Source of the DNA: Candidatus Bathyarchaeota archaeon | GTDB taxonomy: Archaea; Thermoproteota; Bathyarchaeia; Bathyarchaeales; Bathycorpusculaceae | Direction: 5' to 3' | DNA: 64,000 bases | Assembly: GCA_963717465.1 (NCBI GenBank) | Contig: OY970340.1 | Location: 1,056,001 to 1,120,000, forward strand | Shown here: piece by piece, positions 18,756-29,993 of the stretch | Layout: each line of letters starts with the position of its first letter | Position numbering within the stretch: the stretch's first letter is position 1 | The notes under the pieces: generated by a model | Told to the model about the DNA's origin: nothing | Database searches by the model: none | The model's input: only the letters and a program-made list of their open reading frames with translations | Program-made: the position numbers and the translations under genes

Positions 18756-20030
18756 TTGGTTGATATCCGACCCTTCAAAGCCATAAGGTACACCAAGAAA
18801 GCCGGCGACCCAGCAAATTTGATTACTCAACCTTACGATAAAATCGATGCTGGCATGCAAAAAAAGTACTATGAAAAATCTCCATACAATTATTGTAGGC
18901 TAATTTTGCCCTTAGAAGAAAACAAGTACGACATAGCCCAACAACGCATTCAACAATGGCTAAAGGAAGGCATACTGGCAAAAGAATCTCAACCAACAAT
19001 TTTCATTTCACGCCAAGAATTTACTTTAAATGGAAAGAATTTCAGTCGCACAGGCTTGATTGCTGCCATGCGTTTGCATCCCTATAATGAGAACATAGTT
19101 TTTCCTCACGAAATCACTTACAAGGCACCGAAAGCTGATAGACTTAACATGATGCGTACGGTTCAGAAAGATTTAGAGCCCGTTTTCCTGATTTATTCTG
19201 ATCCCGAAAACAAAACTGTAAATTTTTTTGTGGAAGTTGCCAAAACAGAACCTATTGTTCAAGTGACTGATTCATTGCAGGTGAAGCATACCGTTTGGAA
19301 GGTAACTAAGCCACAAAAAATAAGCCAACTACAGAGTTATCTTAGTGATAAGGCCATGGTTATTACTGATGGTCACCACCGATATGAAAGTGCCCTTGCT
19401 TACAGAGACGAAATGCGCCAAAAAAGCCAATGGACAGAAGATTCAGCGTTTAACTTTCACATGTGCTACCTAGTTCCGATTCAGGAAAAAGGCCTTTGCG
19501 TTTTACCCACCCACCGGCTTTTAACAGAATTTAAGTTAACAAATGAAATTCTAAAAAGCTTAACGCAATTCTTTGATGTTTCAGAATTAAATCCAACTAT
19601 GAACGCTGTACAAACTTTCTTAGATAACAATATTAAAAATCATGCGTTCTGCGTTTATGATGGTTCAAAAGCCTATGGCTTACTGCTTAAAGATGAGAAA
19701 GCCATCTCCCATCTGCTTGATGCCGACTGCCAAGAAGCATCATTTTTAGACGTGGTCATTTTAAGGGACGTTATTTTTAAAAATGTGCTTAAGCTTGGCG
19801 AGCTAAAACTTGACGAAAACATAATTTATGCTGGGTCTACGAGTGATGCATTTGAAAAAATTGCCAGTGGTGAGGCAAAACTGGCGTTTATTGTTAATCC
19901 GATCACTCCATCAATGGTTTGGAAGATAGCGCAAAAGCACTGTCGCCTACCTGAAAAGTCAACTAATTTTTATCCTAAATTAGTCTCCGGTTTAATAATG
20001 ATGGATATTCCACCAAACGAAAGATTATAG
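18756..20030 (+). CDS. DUF1015 family protein
   Basis: IRPFKAIRY, PYD, PHE.T, DGHHRYE, LPTHR, LPEKSTNFYPKLVSGL. Confidence 0.9.
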   Translation: MVDIRPFKAIRYTKKAGDPANLITQPYDKIDAGMQKKYYEKSPYNYCRLILPLEENKYDIAQQRIQQWLKEGILAKESQPTIFISRQEFTLNGKNFSRTGLIAAMRLHPYNENIVFPHEITYKAPKADRLNMMRTVQKDLEPVFLIYSDPENKTVNFFVEVAKTEPIVQVTDSLQVKHTVWKVTKPQKISQLQSYLSDKAMVITDGHHRYESALAYRDEMRQKSQWTEDSAFNFHMCYLVPIQEKGLCVLPTHRLLTEFKLTNEILKSLTQFFDVSELNPTMNAVQTFLDNNIKNHAFCVYDGSKAYGLLLKDEKAISHLLDADCQEASFLDVVILRDVIFKNVLKLGELKLDENIIYAGSTSDAFEKIASGEAKLAFIVNPITPSMVWKIAQKHCRLPEKSTNFYPKLVSGLIMMDIPPNERL

Positions 20031-20140
20031 GTTTCAAAACTTTTTCTTCGTTCCCATACGTTACTTCCAGTTTCAGGTTATGCACTTGCCCAAAATATGA
20101 TACACAATAGAAAAAGGGGAAAAATGAGATTTTCCGCAGT

Positions 20141-20560
20141 CTATGATATGTTTGCCGAGTACACTTTAGGGTTTACTTTGAAGTGCCATGCGCCAAGTTC
20201 TGTGCTCAGCTGATCAGGACTGTCTGGGATTGTTTGGTTGATGTTCCAGTCTAGCCATCCGTACAGACTTGGCTCTTCACCTGGCAGTTCTGGACGCCAC
20301 CAGCTATGCTCAGGATCAATTACCTTTGGGTTATGGCCAAAATCGTATCGTACTGTCTGTCTGCATTTGCCCGCCGGCGTCTCAATCCAAACCCATTCGC
20401 CATCTCCAATGCCCATGTTACGCGCTGTCAAAGGATGCATCTTCACACGCGGAACAGGAAGCAAATGCCGCATCAAACTGATGCGTCGCAGTTCTACATG
20501 GTGTGCTTCTTGGAATCTAGCGCCACTAGTCATGATTAAGGGGGTATTCCTTGGCTACGT
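20141..20560 (-). pseudogene. Orphan C-terminal fragment of a molybdopterin oxidoreductase (dinucleotide-binding domain)
   Basis: EYP.LIMTSGAR...MHPLTARNMGIGDGEWVWIETPAG...HSWWRPE; no N-terminal domains upstream. Confidence 0.75.
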
Positions 20561-20909
20561 CAGGCGCGCTTTATTGTTTTTTTTTTTTGAATATTATTTA
20601 AAAATATCAATTAGCGCGGTTTTTTGCTATTTTTGTTTCATTGCCCACTTGAGAACTATGAAAGATTTTAAGGAATCAGGAACAGATCTAAGCATTTTTG
20701 TGATGCTTGGTTTTATTGATGATCTTGGAGGAATTGAGCTTTGTTCCTAAGTATTTCTTGAAAAAGTAATAGCCAAGCGTCATAGAGATAGACCAGAAGT
20801 GGCAGGTAGAGAGTGATTTGAATCCGGGATTTCAAATAGAGTTATTATTCGTAAAACCTTCTTTTTTCTTGAATAAAATTCAAATAGCAGGCGGGAAAAG
20901 AAGAATTAA

Positions 20910-23512
20910 ATGAGCTTTAACAATTTTACTTTTAAGTCTCAAGAAGCAATTCAGAAAGCCTTGGAAATAGCTTCTTCAAAGCAAAATCAGGCGATTGAAC
21001 CTGTCCACTTACTAAAGGCAATGTTGATTGTTGATGAAAATGCGATTCCTTACCTGCTAAAGAAACTTGGAGTGAATATTGAAGTTCTTTCCAGCTCACT
21101 CGATAGGCTAATTGATTCATTACCTGCAGTCAGCGGTGGAAACCAATATTTATCTGCTAACTCAAACAAAGCCTTCAAAAAGCTCAGGAGTTAGCTTCCG
21201 AAAGCCAAGACAAATTTGTCTCTATTGAACAGTTGCTTTTAGCAATCTTATCCTTGAACGATCCAGCTTCCCGGTTACTTCAAAGTAATGGAGTTGTCAG
21301 AAAAGGGACTTAAAGAAGCAATAAAGCAATTAAGAAAGGGATCAACTGTGAATGACCAAACTACAGATGAAACCTATAACGCCCTAAACAGATTTGCAAC
21401 AAATCTTAATAACTTGGCAAGAACAGGAAAACTTGATCCAGTCATCGGCCGAGACGAAGAAATCCGCCGAGTCTTACAAATCCTTTCCAGAAGAACAAAG
21501 AACAATCCCATTCTCATCGGTGAACCAGGCGTTGGTAAAACTGCAATCGCAGAAGGGCTTGCTCACCGAATAGTGAATGGTGATGTTCCTGAAAATCTCA
21601 AGTCAAAACAGATTTATTCACTGGATATGGGTGCCTTGATTGCTGGGTGCAAAATTTAAGGGAGAATTCGAGGAGCGCCTAAAAAGCGTCGTAAAAGAAG
21701 TCGTGTCCTCAGAAGGGGAAATAGTGCTTTTTATCGATGAGATTCATACGCTTGTTGGCGCTGGTGCTAGCGAAGGAGCCATGGATGCAGCCAACATCCT
21801 CAAACCAGCCTTGGCCAGAGGAGAGTTGCGTGCAATCGGCGCCACTACGCTTAAAGAATATCAAAAATACTTTGAAAAAGACAAAGCATTGGAAAGACGC
21901 TTCCAACCCGTCATGGTTAATGAACCAGATACATTAGATGCAATCTCTATCCTGCGAGGCTTAAAGGAACGCTATGAAGTATTTCATCATGTTAGAATCA
22001 AGGATGAAGCAATAATTGCTGCTGTTGAACTATCGCAAAGATACATTACTGATCGGTTTCTTCCCAGACAAAGCAATCGACCTAATCGATGAAGCAGCAT
22101 CAAAACTAAGATTGGAAATCAACTCAGAGCCTGAGGAACTGGAAGCCATAGAACGAAAGATACGGCAACTGGAAATTGAACGTGAAGCCATAAAACGAGA
22201 AAAAGATGAAACGAAAATAAAATCCTTGAATCAGGAAATCGCAAATCTCAGCGAAGAAAGAAACAAGTTAAAAGCAAAATGGCAAGCAGAAAAAGATATC
22301 GTTGACCAAATCCAAAATAAAAAGAATGAAATCGAACAGTTAAAGTTTGAAGATGAAGAGGCAAACCGCAAGGGAGATCTTGGGAAAATTGCTGAAATAA
22401 GATATGGCAAAATCCCAGAAGCCACAAAAGCCATTGAAAACCTAAAACAGAAACTCTCTGAATTGCAAAAAGGCTCTCCCCTAATCAACGAAGAAGTTGA
22501 TGCTGAAGAGATCGCTGAAGTAGTTTCCCATTGGACAGGTATACCTGTTAGTCGAATGCTGCAAAGTGAGAAAGAAAAACTTGCTAAACATTGAGACAGA
22601 GCTTCATATGCGAGTTGTCGGGCAGGATGAAGCAGTCCAAGCGGTCTCCGATGCGATTACGGCGAAGCCGTGCAGGTTTGCAGGATCCAAAGCGACCTAT
22701 TGGGTCCTTTATCTTTTTAGGCACTACAGGTGTTGGAAAAACGGAACTGGCAAAAGCACTCGCTGAATTTCTGTTCAATAATGAAAACAACATGATTAGA
22801 ATTGACATGTCGGAATATCAGGAGAGGCATACTGTATCAAGACTGGTAGGTGCGCCTCCTGGATACGTTGGCTATGAGGAAAGCGGGCAACTGACAGAGG
22901 CTGTAAGAAGAAAACCTTATTCTGTCGTTCTTCTTGATGAAATTGAAAAAGCGCATCCTGATGTTTTCAATATACTGCTTCAAGTCTTAGATGACGGTAG
23001 ACTGACAGACAATAAAGGCCGAACAGTGGATTTCAAGAACACAATTATAATCATGACCTCGAACATCGGCTCACATATCATCCAAGAAAACTTGGAAAAA
23101 ATAAACGCAAACAACAGAGAAGAAATCTGGAACCAGACAAAAGAAGCAAGTCTTCAACTTGCTAAAGAAAACCATTAAGCCTGAATTCCTCAACCGAATT
23201 GACGAAATAATCATGTTCCAATCCCTAACCGAAGAAGCAAGTTAGGAAAATAGTGGAAAATCAACTCAAAAACGTCCAGAAGATGCTTGAAAAAAACAGC
23301 AGCATTAAAATAAACTTCACAAAAAAAGCCATAGATTACATTGCCAAGTTAGGCTTTGACCCCCAATTCGGGGCAAGACCAATAAAACGAGTAATTCAAA
23401 AAAATGTTCTCAACGAACTATCAAAAATACTCTGCAAGAAAAAGTTGACAAAAACTTAGTAATAATAGTCGACGAAAAGAATGGCGAATTCGTATTCAAA
23501 AATAAACAATAA
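20910..23512 (+). CDS. clpB: Bacterial-type ClpB disaggregase, broken by about eight or more small frameshifts
   Basis: [26 protein letters not shown]-domain coiled coil, [32 protein letters not shown]. Confidence 0.93.
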
Positions 23513-23710
23513 GCCTCTTTTACTTCACTCTTGAAGGCTTCCAAATAATTAAATTTCTTTTGACTTTCAGTTTCTAATCTTGTACGAAACCCTCGAATGT
23601 GACAGCTTTTTTAGGTTCGTTGTTTCTTTACGAAAGGCTTTCTGCGTAGGCTTAATATTCAAGTTTATTATCGCTTAAGGTTTGAAAAAGGGTCAGAACA
23701 ATTAGTCCCT

Positions 23711-24730
23711 GTGGAACAGAAATTGTTAACGATAACGAAACTTAGTAAGAATGTCGAGGGAAGATGGCAATCGGAGACTTTGGAGTCTTTCCCAAAGTTA
23801 GTTGGTGAAGATTCTGTGTTATGGGTTGATGTTATTGACCCGACTGGAACTGATATCTATAGGCTAATAAAGAGTTTTGATTTAGGTGCTTTAGATTTTA
23901 GTGATATAATTGATGACGAAGCGGAATCAGAGATCGAGGAATACGAGAGATTTTTAATTTGTAAAATTATTTTGCCTAAGCGAGAAAGTTTCATTTCCGA
24001 AGGTGAATTGGAAAGGCTTTCGATTCTAATGGGGAAAAAATGGATTATCACAATTCATAATGAAGCTTCAAGTATTGTGAATGCAGTTTACAAAAAAATT
24101 AAAACACATGGGTATTTTTCTTTATCTTTGACTCCATCTTCCGATATTCTCCTATATATTTTCTTAGATTTGGCTGTAAATGAATTCTTTTTGACTTCCG
24201 ATTTAGAGCATCAAGAATTGCAGAACTTAACTATGAAAGCAGGTGCTCTTTTCAGGGAGAGGCCCAGAGGACAGCAGACGAGTTTCAGGTTCGAAATTGC
24301 TAAATCCAGAAATCAAGTGCTTGGTATGAGCCAAGGCATTTATCCTTTGCGCGAAATAGTTGGAAAAATAACGAGAGGCGAATTCGCTTTAATCTCAAGG
24401 ACTACAATTTCCCGTTTTGAGGATCTGCATGATAGGATAATCTCTTTGCATGAAGTGCTAGATACGCATCGTGAAGAAATTAGTGATATTGGAAATATAT
24501 TGGTGAACGTTCAAACTTACAATACCAACAATGTGATCAGAGTTCTAACGATTGTATCCGTTGTTTTTCTTCCTTTAGCGCTCATAGCCGAAATTTATGG
24601 AACAAACTTTAGCCAAGGCTTTTTTATGCCGGGCAGTGATAGCATTTTAGGCTTCTATTTTATGATTATTGCGATGACTTGCATAGCTGTCGCGTTAGTA
24701 TTGATTTTTAAGAAAAGGGGCTGGCTTTAA
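23711..24730 (+). CDS. corA: CorA family divalent cation transporter
   Basis: Soluble N-domain plus two C-terminal TMs, NNVIRVLTIVS...IYGTNF...MP, KKRGWL end. Confidence 0.88.
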   Translation: MEQKLLTITKLSKNVEGRWQSETLESFPKLVGEDSVLWVDVIDPTGTDIYRLIKSFDLGALDFSDIIDDEAESEIEEYERFLICKIILPKRESFISEGELERLSILMGKKWIITIHNEASSIVNAVYKKIKTHGYFSLSLTPSSDILLYIFLDLAVNEFFLTSDLEHQELQNLTMKAGALFRERPRGQQTSFRFEIAKSRNQVLGMSQGIYPLREIVGKITRGEFALISRTTISRFEDLHDRIISLHEVLDTHREEISDIGNILVNVQTYNTNNVIRVLTIVSVVFLPLALIAEIYGTNFSQGFFMPGSDSILGFYFMIIAMTCIAVALVLIFKKRGWL

Positions 24731-24853
24731 AAACTACGGCAGTAGGAAAGGATTAGTAATAAAACTTTGAGTGGGCTTAAAGGTGGAGAAATGCAGAGAA
24801 ACTGGAAAAAAGTTATGAAATAGGCTCTTAGTAATAATGGTTTTAGAGGTTGA

Positions 24854-25414
24854 TTATTCTTTTTTTAATTTTTTAGTCCAAGCGACTAGTTCCTCAAGTA
24901 ATTCTTTTATGAATTCTCTCGATGTTTCATCTTTCAATTGTCCATTTTCATCGATTTTTTCAAAGGCTGAAGGCACTATTACTTCTGGTCTATTGATAGG
25001 ATGCATATTTAGGAAAACGAATGTTTGCCGCAGTTGATATTGCGCTCTGGCACCGCCTAGCATTCCTATAGATGCGCTCATCACTGCAACAGGCTTGTCT
25101 TCAAAAGCGTTATCTCCATAAGGTCTTGAAGCCCAATCAATAGCATTCTTTAGAACACCAGGTATAGAATAATTATACTCCGGAGTAGCAATTAAAATCG
25201 CGTCTGCAGCCTTAATCTTTGACTTAAATTCCTTTACTTTTTCTGGTGGTGTTGACTCTTGATCCTGATTAAATGGAGGAATGCCTTCAAGATCAAAAAT
25301 TTCAAGTTTAGCATCTGCTGGCAGCAATTCCTTAGCTGCACGAAGCAATGCCTTGTTGTAAGATTCCTTCCTTAAACTACCAGCAAAACCAAGAATAGTA
25401 ACAAGTTTGTCCAT
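24854..25414 (-). CDS. NAD(P)H-dependent FMN reductase (ChrR/SsuE family)
   Basis: GSLRKESYN, ATPEYNYSIPGVLKNAIDW, GGARAQ. Confidence 0.93.
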   Translation of the reverse strand: MDKLVTILGFAGSLRKESYNKALLRAAKELLPADAKLEIFDLEGIPPFNQDQESTPPEKVKEFKSKIKAADAILIATPEYNYSIPGVLKNAIDWASRPYGDNAFEDKPVAVMSASIGMLGGARAQYQLRQTFVFLNMHPINRPEVIVPSAFEKIDENGQLKDETSREFIKELLEELVAWTKKLKKE

Positions 25415-25575
25415 AATTAACAAATCACCTTAATAAAATTAATACCGTATTATTTTAAAAAATTTTCCGTTGAAGTCTATAGGATTACATAAAGAAATAA
25501 GCAGCAGAGTTAATCTTCAGCAATCTCAGAGTTAAAAATTTGTGATTTATAACGTACTGTACCAAGAAAACGTGT

Positions 25576-26035
25576 TTACTTTCCTGCAATTTCTTTTGTC
25601 AGAGCTTTAGCAAGGAGTTTCCAAGCCTCTGAATCTGCTTTGCGCAATCTAGTAGAAAGAGTCTTTGCGCCCTCTTTGCTGTCGTACTCCAAATGAAGTG
25701 CAGTGAAATCTAGAAATGAACCGCCTTTTTCGTCAGGTGAAATCTTGTAGAGAAACTGAGAGTACTTGTTCGAGCCAGTCAGATGAGTGGCAACCCATGA
25801 GAATTGATCAGGATAGAGTTGCACTAGCTTTCTGCTTTTCAACAATACCAGTAGCCGTGTGAAAGGTGTCTTTAAGTATTATGGAGCCATCAGCAACTCT
25901 AGTTACAGTTCTTTCAGAGTTGCTGTAGCCCTTCAGTATCTGATCTTCTGGAGTGAAGTCAATACACCAATCGAATGCTGCTTTGGCAGACACTGGAAAA
26001 TGTTGACGGAAATGATATCTAACAGTGGTCGGCAT
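25576..26035 (-). CDS. Hypothetical START/SRPBCC-like protein, one frameshift near 25835
   Basis: Two overlapping ORFs that join into one; fold guess only. Confidence 0.55.
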
Positions 26036-26229
26036 TAACCGTCACAGTTTAGCATGTATGAGAAACGGTTATAATATTTTGTGTTAAGGTAAAAGAGTCA
26101 GTTCAAAGCGTTGAATTTAAACCCACAACAAAATGAAAATTTCACTCAAAATCTTCTTTCGGATCAATTGGAGTGAGCTTTTGCTGAGCTAACAGATTTT
26201 AGGCGAAATCAAAATATAAAATTGCTCTA

Positions 26230-26544
26230 TTAATTTTTTTTAGTTTTTTCTGTTTCTTTGTTGCTGAAAATTTCCAGGAAGCCTTTCATTTTCCAGTAGG
26301 TGTCAAGGAATTCTAAGCCGCGTGGAGTGGCAAAGTAAAGGTTTTGCTCGTCTGTCGTTAGTTTTCTTGTTAGGCCATAGTTGCAGAGTGCTTCTAAGAT
26401 GGTTCTTAATCGGTCAACTGGCACGCCTACACCGTAAGAGATGCGTGTGATTTTGCCTCCTTCGGGATAACGAATGAGCACTTCTAGAACTTGGGCGTAC
26501 AGATCTGTTTTTGAGCGCTTGGTCTCCCGTCTGTTCATAGACAT
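26230..26544 (-). CDS. Winged helix-turn-helix regulator
   Basis: KITRISYGVG...LEALCNYGL...YFATPRGLEFL. Confidence 0.8.
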   Translation of the reverse strand: MSMNRRETKRSKTDLYAQVLEVLIRYPEGGKITRISYGVGVPVDRLRTILEALCNYGLTRKLTTDEQNLYFATPRGLEFLDTYWKMKGFLEIFSNKETEKTKKN

Positions 26545-26558
26545 GCGTCTCCAGCATT

Positions 26559-27866
26559 CTAAAATGGTGGTTTAGGAAGGTTGTCGACTTTTCTGGGTGG
26601 TTCGTCGATCTTTGCGTCAGGATCCACTTTTAGTTCTTGGGTGTAAGTGACTTGTCTTACAAATGAGCATTGTTCCAATTTTATTATATCCGCGAAAATG
26701 CTTCTCGCTCTGCTCATTTGTCCAATCACGACTTGAATTGCATAAATGTCATCAACTTTAGCCATTCCACCTGCGACGGCCCAAGCGGCTCCCCATCTAG
26801 GTCCAAAGCCGCCGTAGCTTAAATCCACGCTTTTTCCAACTTCCACAAGTTCGCCGATTAAAATTCCATCGCATCGACCGCCGCTTCGCACTGTTACCTG
26901 TTTAGCTTTTAGCCCCTGTATGGTTTCTAGTTTGCCGCTGATATCCGCCTCTTGTTTGACTGTTACTTTGTTTGCTACTAGTTTGCCCACGGTATGAAGT
27001 TGTATGCTTTCAATGTCGCCGTTTACTTCTGTTAGTCCGTAGCTTTCTAGCTTGCCTGATACTGTCAGCGACTTATTCACCTGCAATTTTCCTCCTACTT
27101 CAACTTTTTCTGCATGACAGTTGCCCATAATCTCGATGAAGCCGCTAGCTTCTATGTAATCACAAGTTAGGTCCCCATCAAATTCAAGCTTGCCAAAAGT
27201 TGAGACTTTATGTCCCTTACAGCCTGCAGGCAGTGAACCTTTGCCGTAGACTAACAGTTCGTTGAATTCCAGCAGTGATTTGCTGCTAAATTTTCCGCCA
27301 ACTCGAATGTTGCCTGTTATAGACCCACCGCCGACTTCAACTTCGCCGCCTACACGCAGATCGCCGAGTTTTACCATGCCAAGCGAAATTACTTTGCCAC
27401 CTACATCAACGCTTGCCGCCTCAAACTCGTCTCGAACATCTGCACGGCCACCGACCCGCATTCTATTGCATTTGATGGCGTTCGCCTGTATTCTTCCACC
27501 TACATCGATATCTCCGGCGCTGATTGAACCATTCACCTGCACAATGTGGCTAACGCTGAGTTGTTGATGAACCATCAAGTTGCCGTTTACTTCAAGACGG
27601 CCCACGTGTCTGGCTGTCAATTCAAGTCTTGCCCGATTAGAACGGTAACGCGTCTCCTTTGTCTTGGAAAACAATATTCCAGATTCCAAGGATTCGCATT
27701 CTAAGTCGCAGTTTACGTATGCTTTGCCTTCAAGATAGACTCCTTTAGTTACTACGACGTTTTTACCATTACTAGCTTCGATTCTTGCGTTGTGTCCTAG
27801 TTTGAGTTCGCCATCTACAATGTCAAGTTTGACTGTTTGTCCCCGTGGAACACGTAAATCTGTCAT
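26559..27866 (-). CDS. Bactofilin-like / polymer-forming beta-helix repeat protein
   Basis: Recurrent about 17-residue units such as DIDVGGRIQ, SVDVGGKVI, KVEVGGKLQV. Confidence 0.7.
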   Translation of the reverse strand: MTDLRVPRGQTVKLDIVDGELKLGHNARIEASNGKNVVVTKGVYLEGKAYVNCDLECESLESGILFSKTKETRYRSNRARLELTARHVGRLEVNGNLMVHQQLSVSHIVQVNGSISAGDIDVGGRIQANAIKCNRMRVGGRADVRDEFEAASVDVGGKVISLGMVKLGDLRVGGEVEVGGGSITGNIRVGGKFSSKSLLEFNELLVYGKGSLPAGCKGHKVSTFGKLEFDGDLTCDYIEASGFIEIMGNCHAEKVEVGGKLQVNKSLTVSGKLESYGLTEVNGDIESIQLHTVGKLVANKVTVKQEADISGKLETIQGLKAKQVTVRSGGRCDGILIGELVEVGKSVDLSYGGFGPRWGAAWAVAGGMAKVDDIYAIQVVIGQMSRARSIFADIIKLEQCSFVRQVTYTQELKVDPDAKIDEPPRKVDNLPKPPF

Positions 27867-27931
27867 GTTTTTAGTACACCCCCTTAGCTTTTAAGGATGA
27901 TTCATTTTGTAACATTTTACAGTATCTCTTT

Positions 27932-28792
27932 TTATTCAGCTTTCAAGGCTCTCCGTGCAATCAAGTAACCAATAGTCGCAAGAATCACGGTGAATATAAC
28001 CAGATAAAGCATGTTTCCTGCCAATGTGAACAGTTGTGCTGATGAAAGGGTGCCGTTTACTATGAGTAATCTAGCAGTATCGACAGCTATCGTTATTGGG
28101 TTAACTTTTGCTATGCCGCTGAGCCATGATGGGAATATTGCAAGGGGGAACATGGAACTGCTAACGAATACCAGTGGGAATGCAAGGAAGTTAATAATTG
28201 CCACGAGCGAATCAACTTGTCTCACTGAGAAAGCGACTGCCGTGAAGATGCAACTGAACGCGAATGCCACGAGCCCTAAGCTCGCGAATGTTCCAAGCAA
28301 GTTTAGGATGCTAAAACCTGCTCCTACTTGCAAGCCGTTTGGAAGCAATACAGCTACGATGAATGTTAGGACAGCTATGAACATCGCCTTAACAAAGTTC
28401 TGTAAGACGCCTGAGAAGAATATTGAAGCTCTCGAAATTGGTGCGCTTAGTAACGAGTTTAGATAGCCTATCTGTCTATCAAGGATTATATCGATGCCGC
28501 CGTAACCCATGTTAACGATAACGATCAACGCGATTATGCCTGGCGTAAGAAATGTTATGTAGTTTGCTGCGCCACCAAAGACTGAAGTCATCGCAGTTTT
28601 AATTTGATCCACTAAGGCAGGTGGCAAAGTGGTGCCTGCAACTTGTGTGGGTACAAAGTTGACCGGGTTAAATGAGCTGCCGAAAAGAGCAAGCCAGAAG
28701 ATTGCCATGAATAAGCCTGGCATTACAGCGGCTGGATTACGAATCCATTTTTTGAGTGAACGTGCTGTTAATGTTAATGTGTCGCTGAACAT
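27932..28792 (-). CDS. ABC-2 type exporter permease
   Basis: Six TM segments, YITFLTPG, LLSAPISR, NPIT. Confidence 0.9.
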   Translation of the reverse strand: MFSDTLTLTARSLKKWIRNPAAVMPGLFMAIFWLALFGSSFNPVNFVPTQVAGTTLPPALVDQIKTAMTSVFGGAANYITFLTPGIIALIVIVNMGYGGIDIILDRQIGYLNSLLSAPISRASIFFSGVLQNFVKAMFIAVLTFIVAVLLPNGLQVGAGFSILNLLGTFASLGLVAFAFSCIFTAVAFSVRQVDSLVAIINFLAFPLVFVSSSMFPLAIFPSWLSGIAKVNPITIAVDTARLLIVNGTLSSAQLFTLAGNMLYLVIFTVILATIGYLIARRALKAE

Positions 28793-28793
28793 T

Positions 28794-29789
28794 TTACTTC
28801 AACCTCTCAATTAATACTCGCTGACCATACGAGTCGCCGTTTGTAGATTCATCTCGCATACTGTTGCCTGTGATTTGCAGGAAAATTTGATCTAAAGTCG
28901 GTTTAGCTAAGGTTATGTCGGAGATTTTGAGTCCTTTCTTGGTTACTGTTTCAACTATTGCTGGTATGGCATTGTCTGTTTTTTGGAGTTTGATTTTGTA
29001 AATGTTGTTTTCCTTTGTCACTTCCGTTACATCTTGTATGCCTTGGAGAGTGCTTGAAATGTCAGCGCCATTAGTGAGTTGTATTTTCAGCACTGTTCCG
29101 CTGAGTTTACTTTTTAGCTCTAAAGGGGAACCCGACGCCTTGATTACTCCATTATCGATGATGGCGATTCTATCACAAAGTGAGTCTGCTTCTTCCAAAT
29201 AGTGAGTGGTCATAAACACTGTTATGCCGTCGTCATGATTTAGTTGTCGAATGTAAGACCACATATTCTGCCTCGTCTGAACATCTAGCCCCAAACTCGG
29301 TTCATCTAAAAAGAGGATTTTGGGATCATGAATTAGTCCTATAGCGAACTGAAGTCTTCTTCGCATGCCGCCTGAATAAGTTTTAACTTGTCTTTGAGCG
29401 GAGCCTTCAAGTTCCAAGAGTTCAAGTAAATCATGCGCTTTCCTCTTTGCTGTATCACTTGGGACATGATGGAGCTTGGCTGATAACAACAGATTTTCTA
29501 TGCCTTTAAGCTCGTCATCTGCTGTGAGTTCCTGAGGGACAATTCCCACGATTTTACGGATTGTTGACGGGTCTTTTTCTACGTTGTATCCCGCTATAGT
29601 TACTTTCCCAGATGTTATATTTGCCAGAGTTGTTAGCATTTTGATTGTTGTTGTTTTTCCAGCGCCGTTTGGTCCAAGAAAACCGAACAGTTCTCCCTCT
29701 TCAACTGTGAAGGAAATGTCGTCAACAGCTTTAACTGATTTCTTGTAGATTTTTGTGAGGTTTTCAGCCTCAATTATCTTGTTTTTCAT
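28794..29789 (-). CDS. ABC exporter ATP-binding protein (DrrA-like)
   Basis: GPNGAGKTT, YSGGMRRR, LDEP, TTHYLEEAD. Confidence 0.93.
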   Translation of the reverse strand: MKNKIIEAENLTKIYKKSVKAVDDISFTVEEGELFGFLGPNGAGKTTTIKMLTTLANITSGKVTIAGYNVEKDPSTIRKIVGIVPQELTADDELKGIENLLLSAKLHHVPSDTAKRKAHDLLELLELEGSAQRQVKTYSGGMRRRLQFAIGLIHDPKILFLDEPSLGLDVQTRQNMWSYIRQLNHDDGITVFMTTHYLEEADSLCDRIAIIDNGVIKASGSPLELKSKLSGTVLKIQLTNGADISSTLQGIQDVTEVTKENNIYKIKLQKTDNAIPAIVETVTKKGLKISDITLAKPTLDQIFLQITGNSMRDESTNGDSYGQRVLIERLK

Positions 29790-29993
29790 ATACTTCACTT
29801 GATTTTGAAAGTCGCTGAATTTCAATAAATAGTCAGTTCACGAGTTGTAATCACAAAAAGTACTCACAATAAGTGAAGTTTACAATAATCAATCCTCTCG
29901 GCTTCAACTAAAATGAGGTTTCACCAACAATAGTCCCAAACAGGATTACGGATACATAACATATTTATGAAAAATCAAATTATCGAAAGAATA

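Noticed and set aside
20910..23512. Programmed frameshifting in clpB or aro genes
   Set aside because: Too many scattered indels with no consistent slippery site; sequencing error is more parsimonious.
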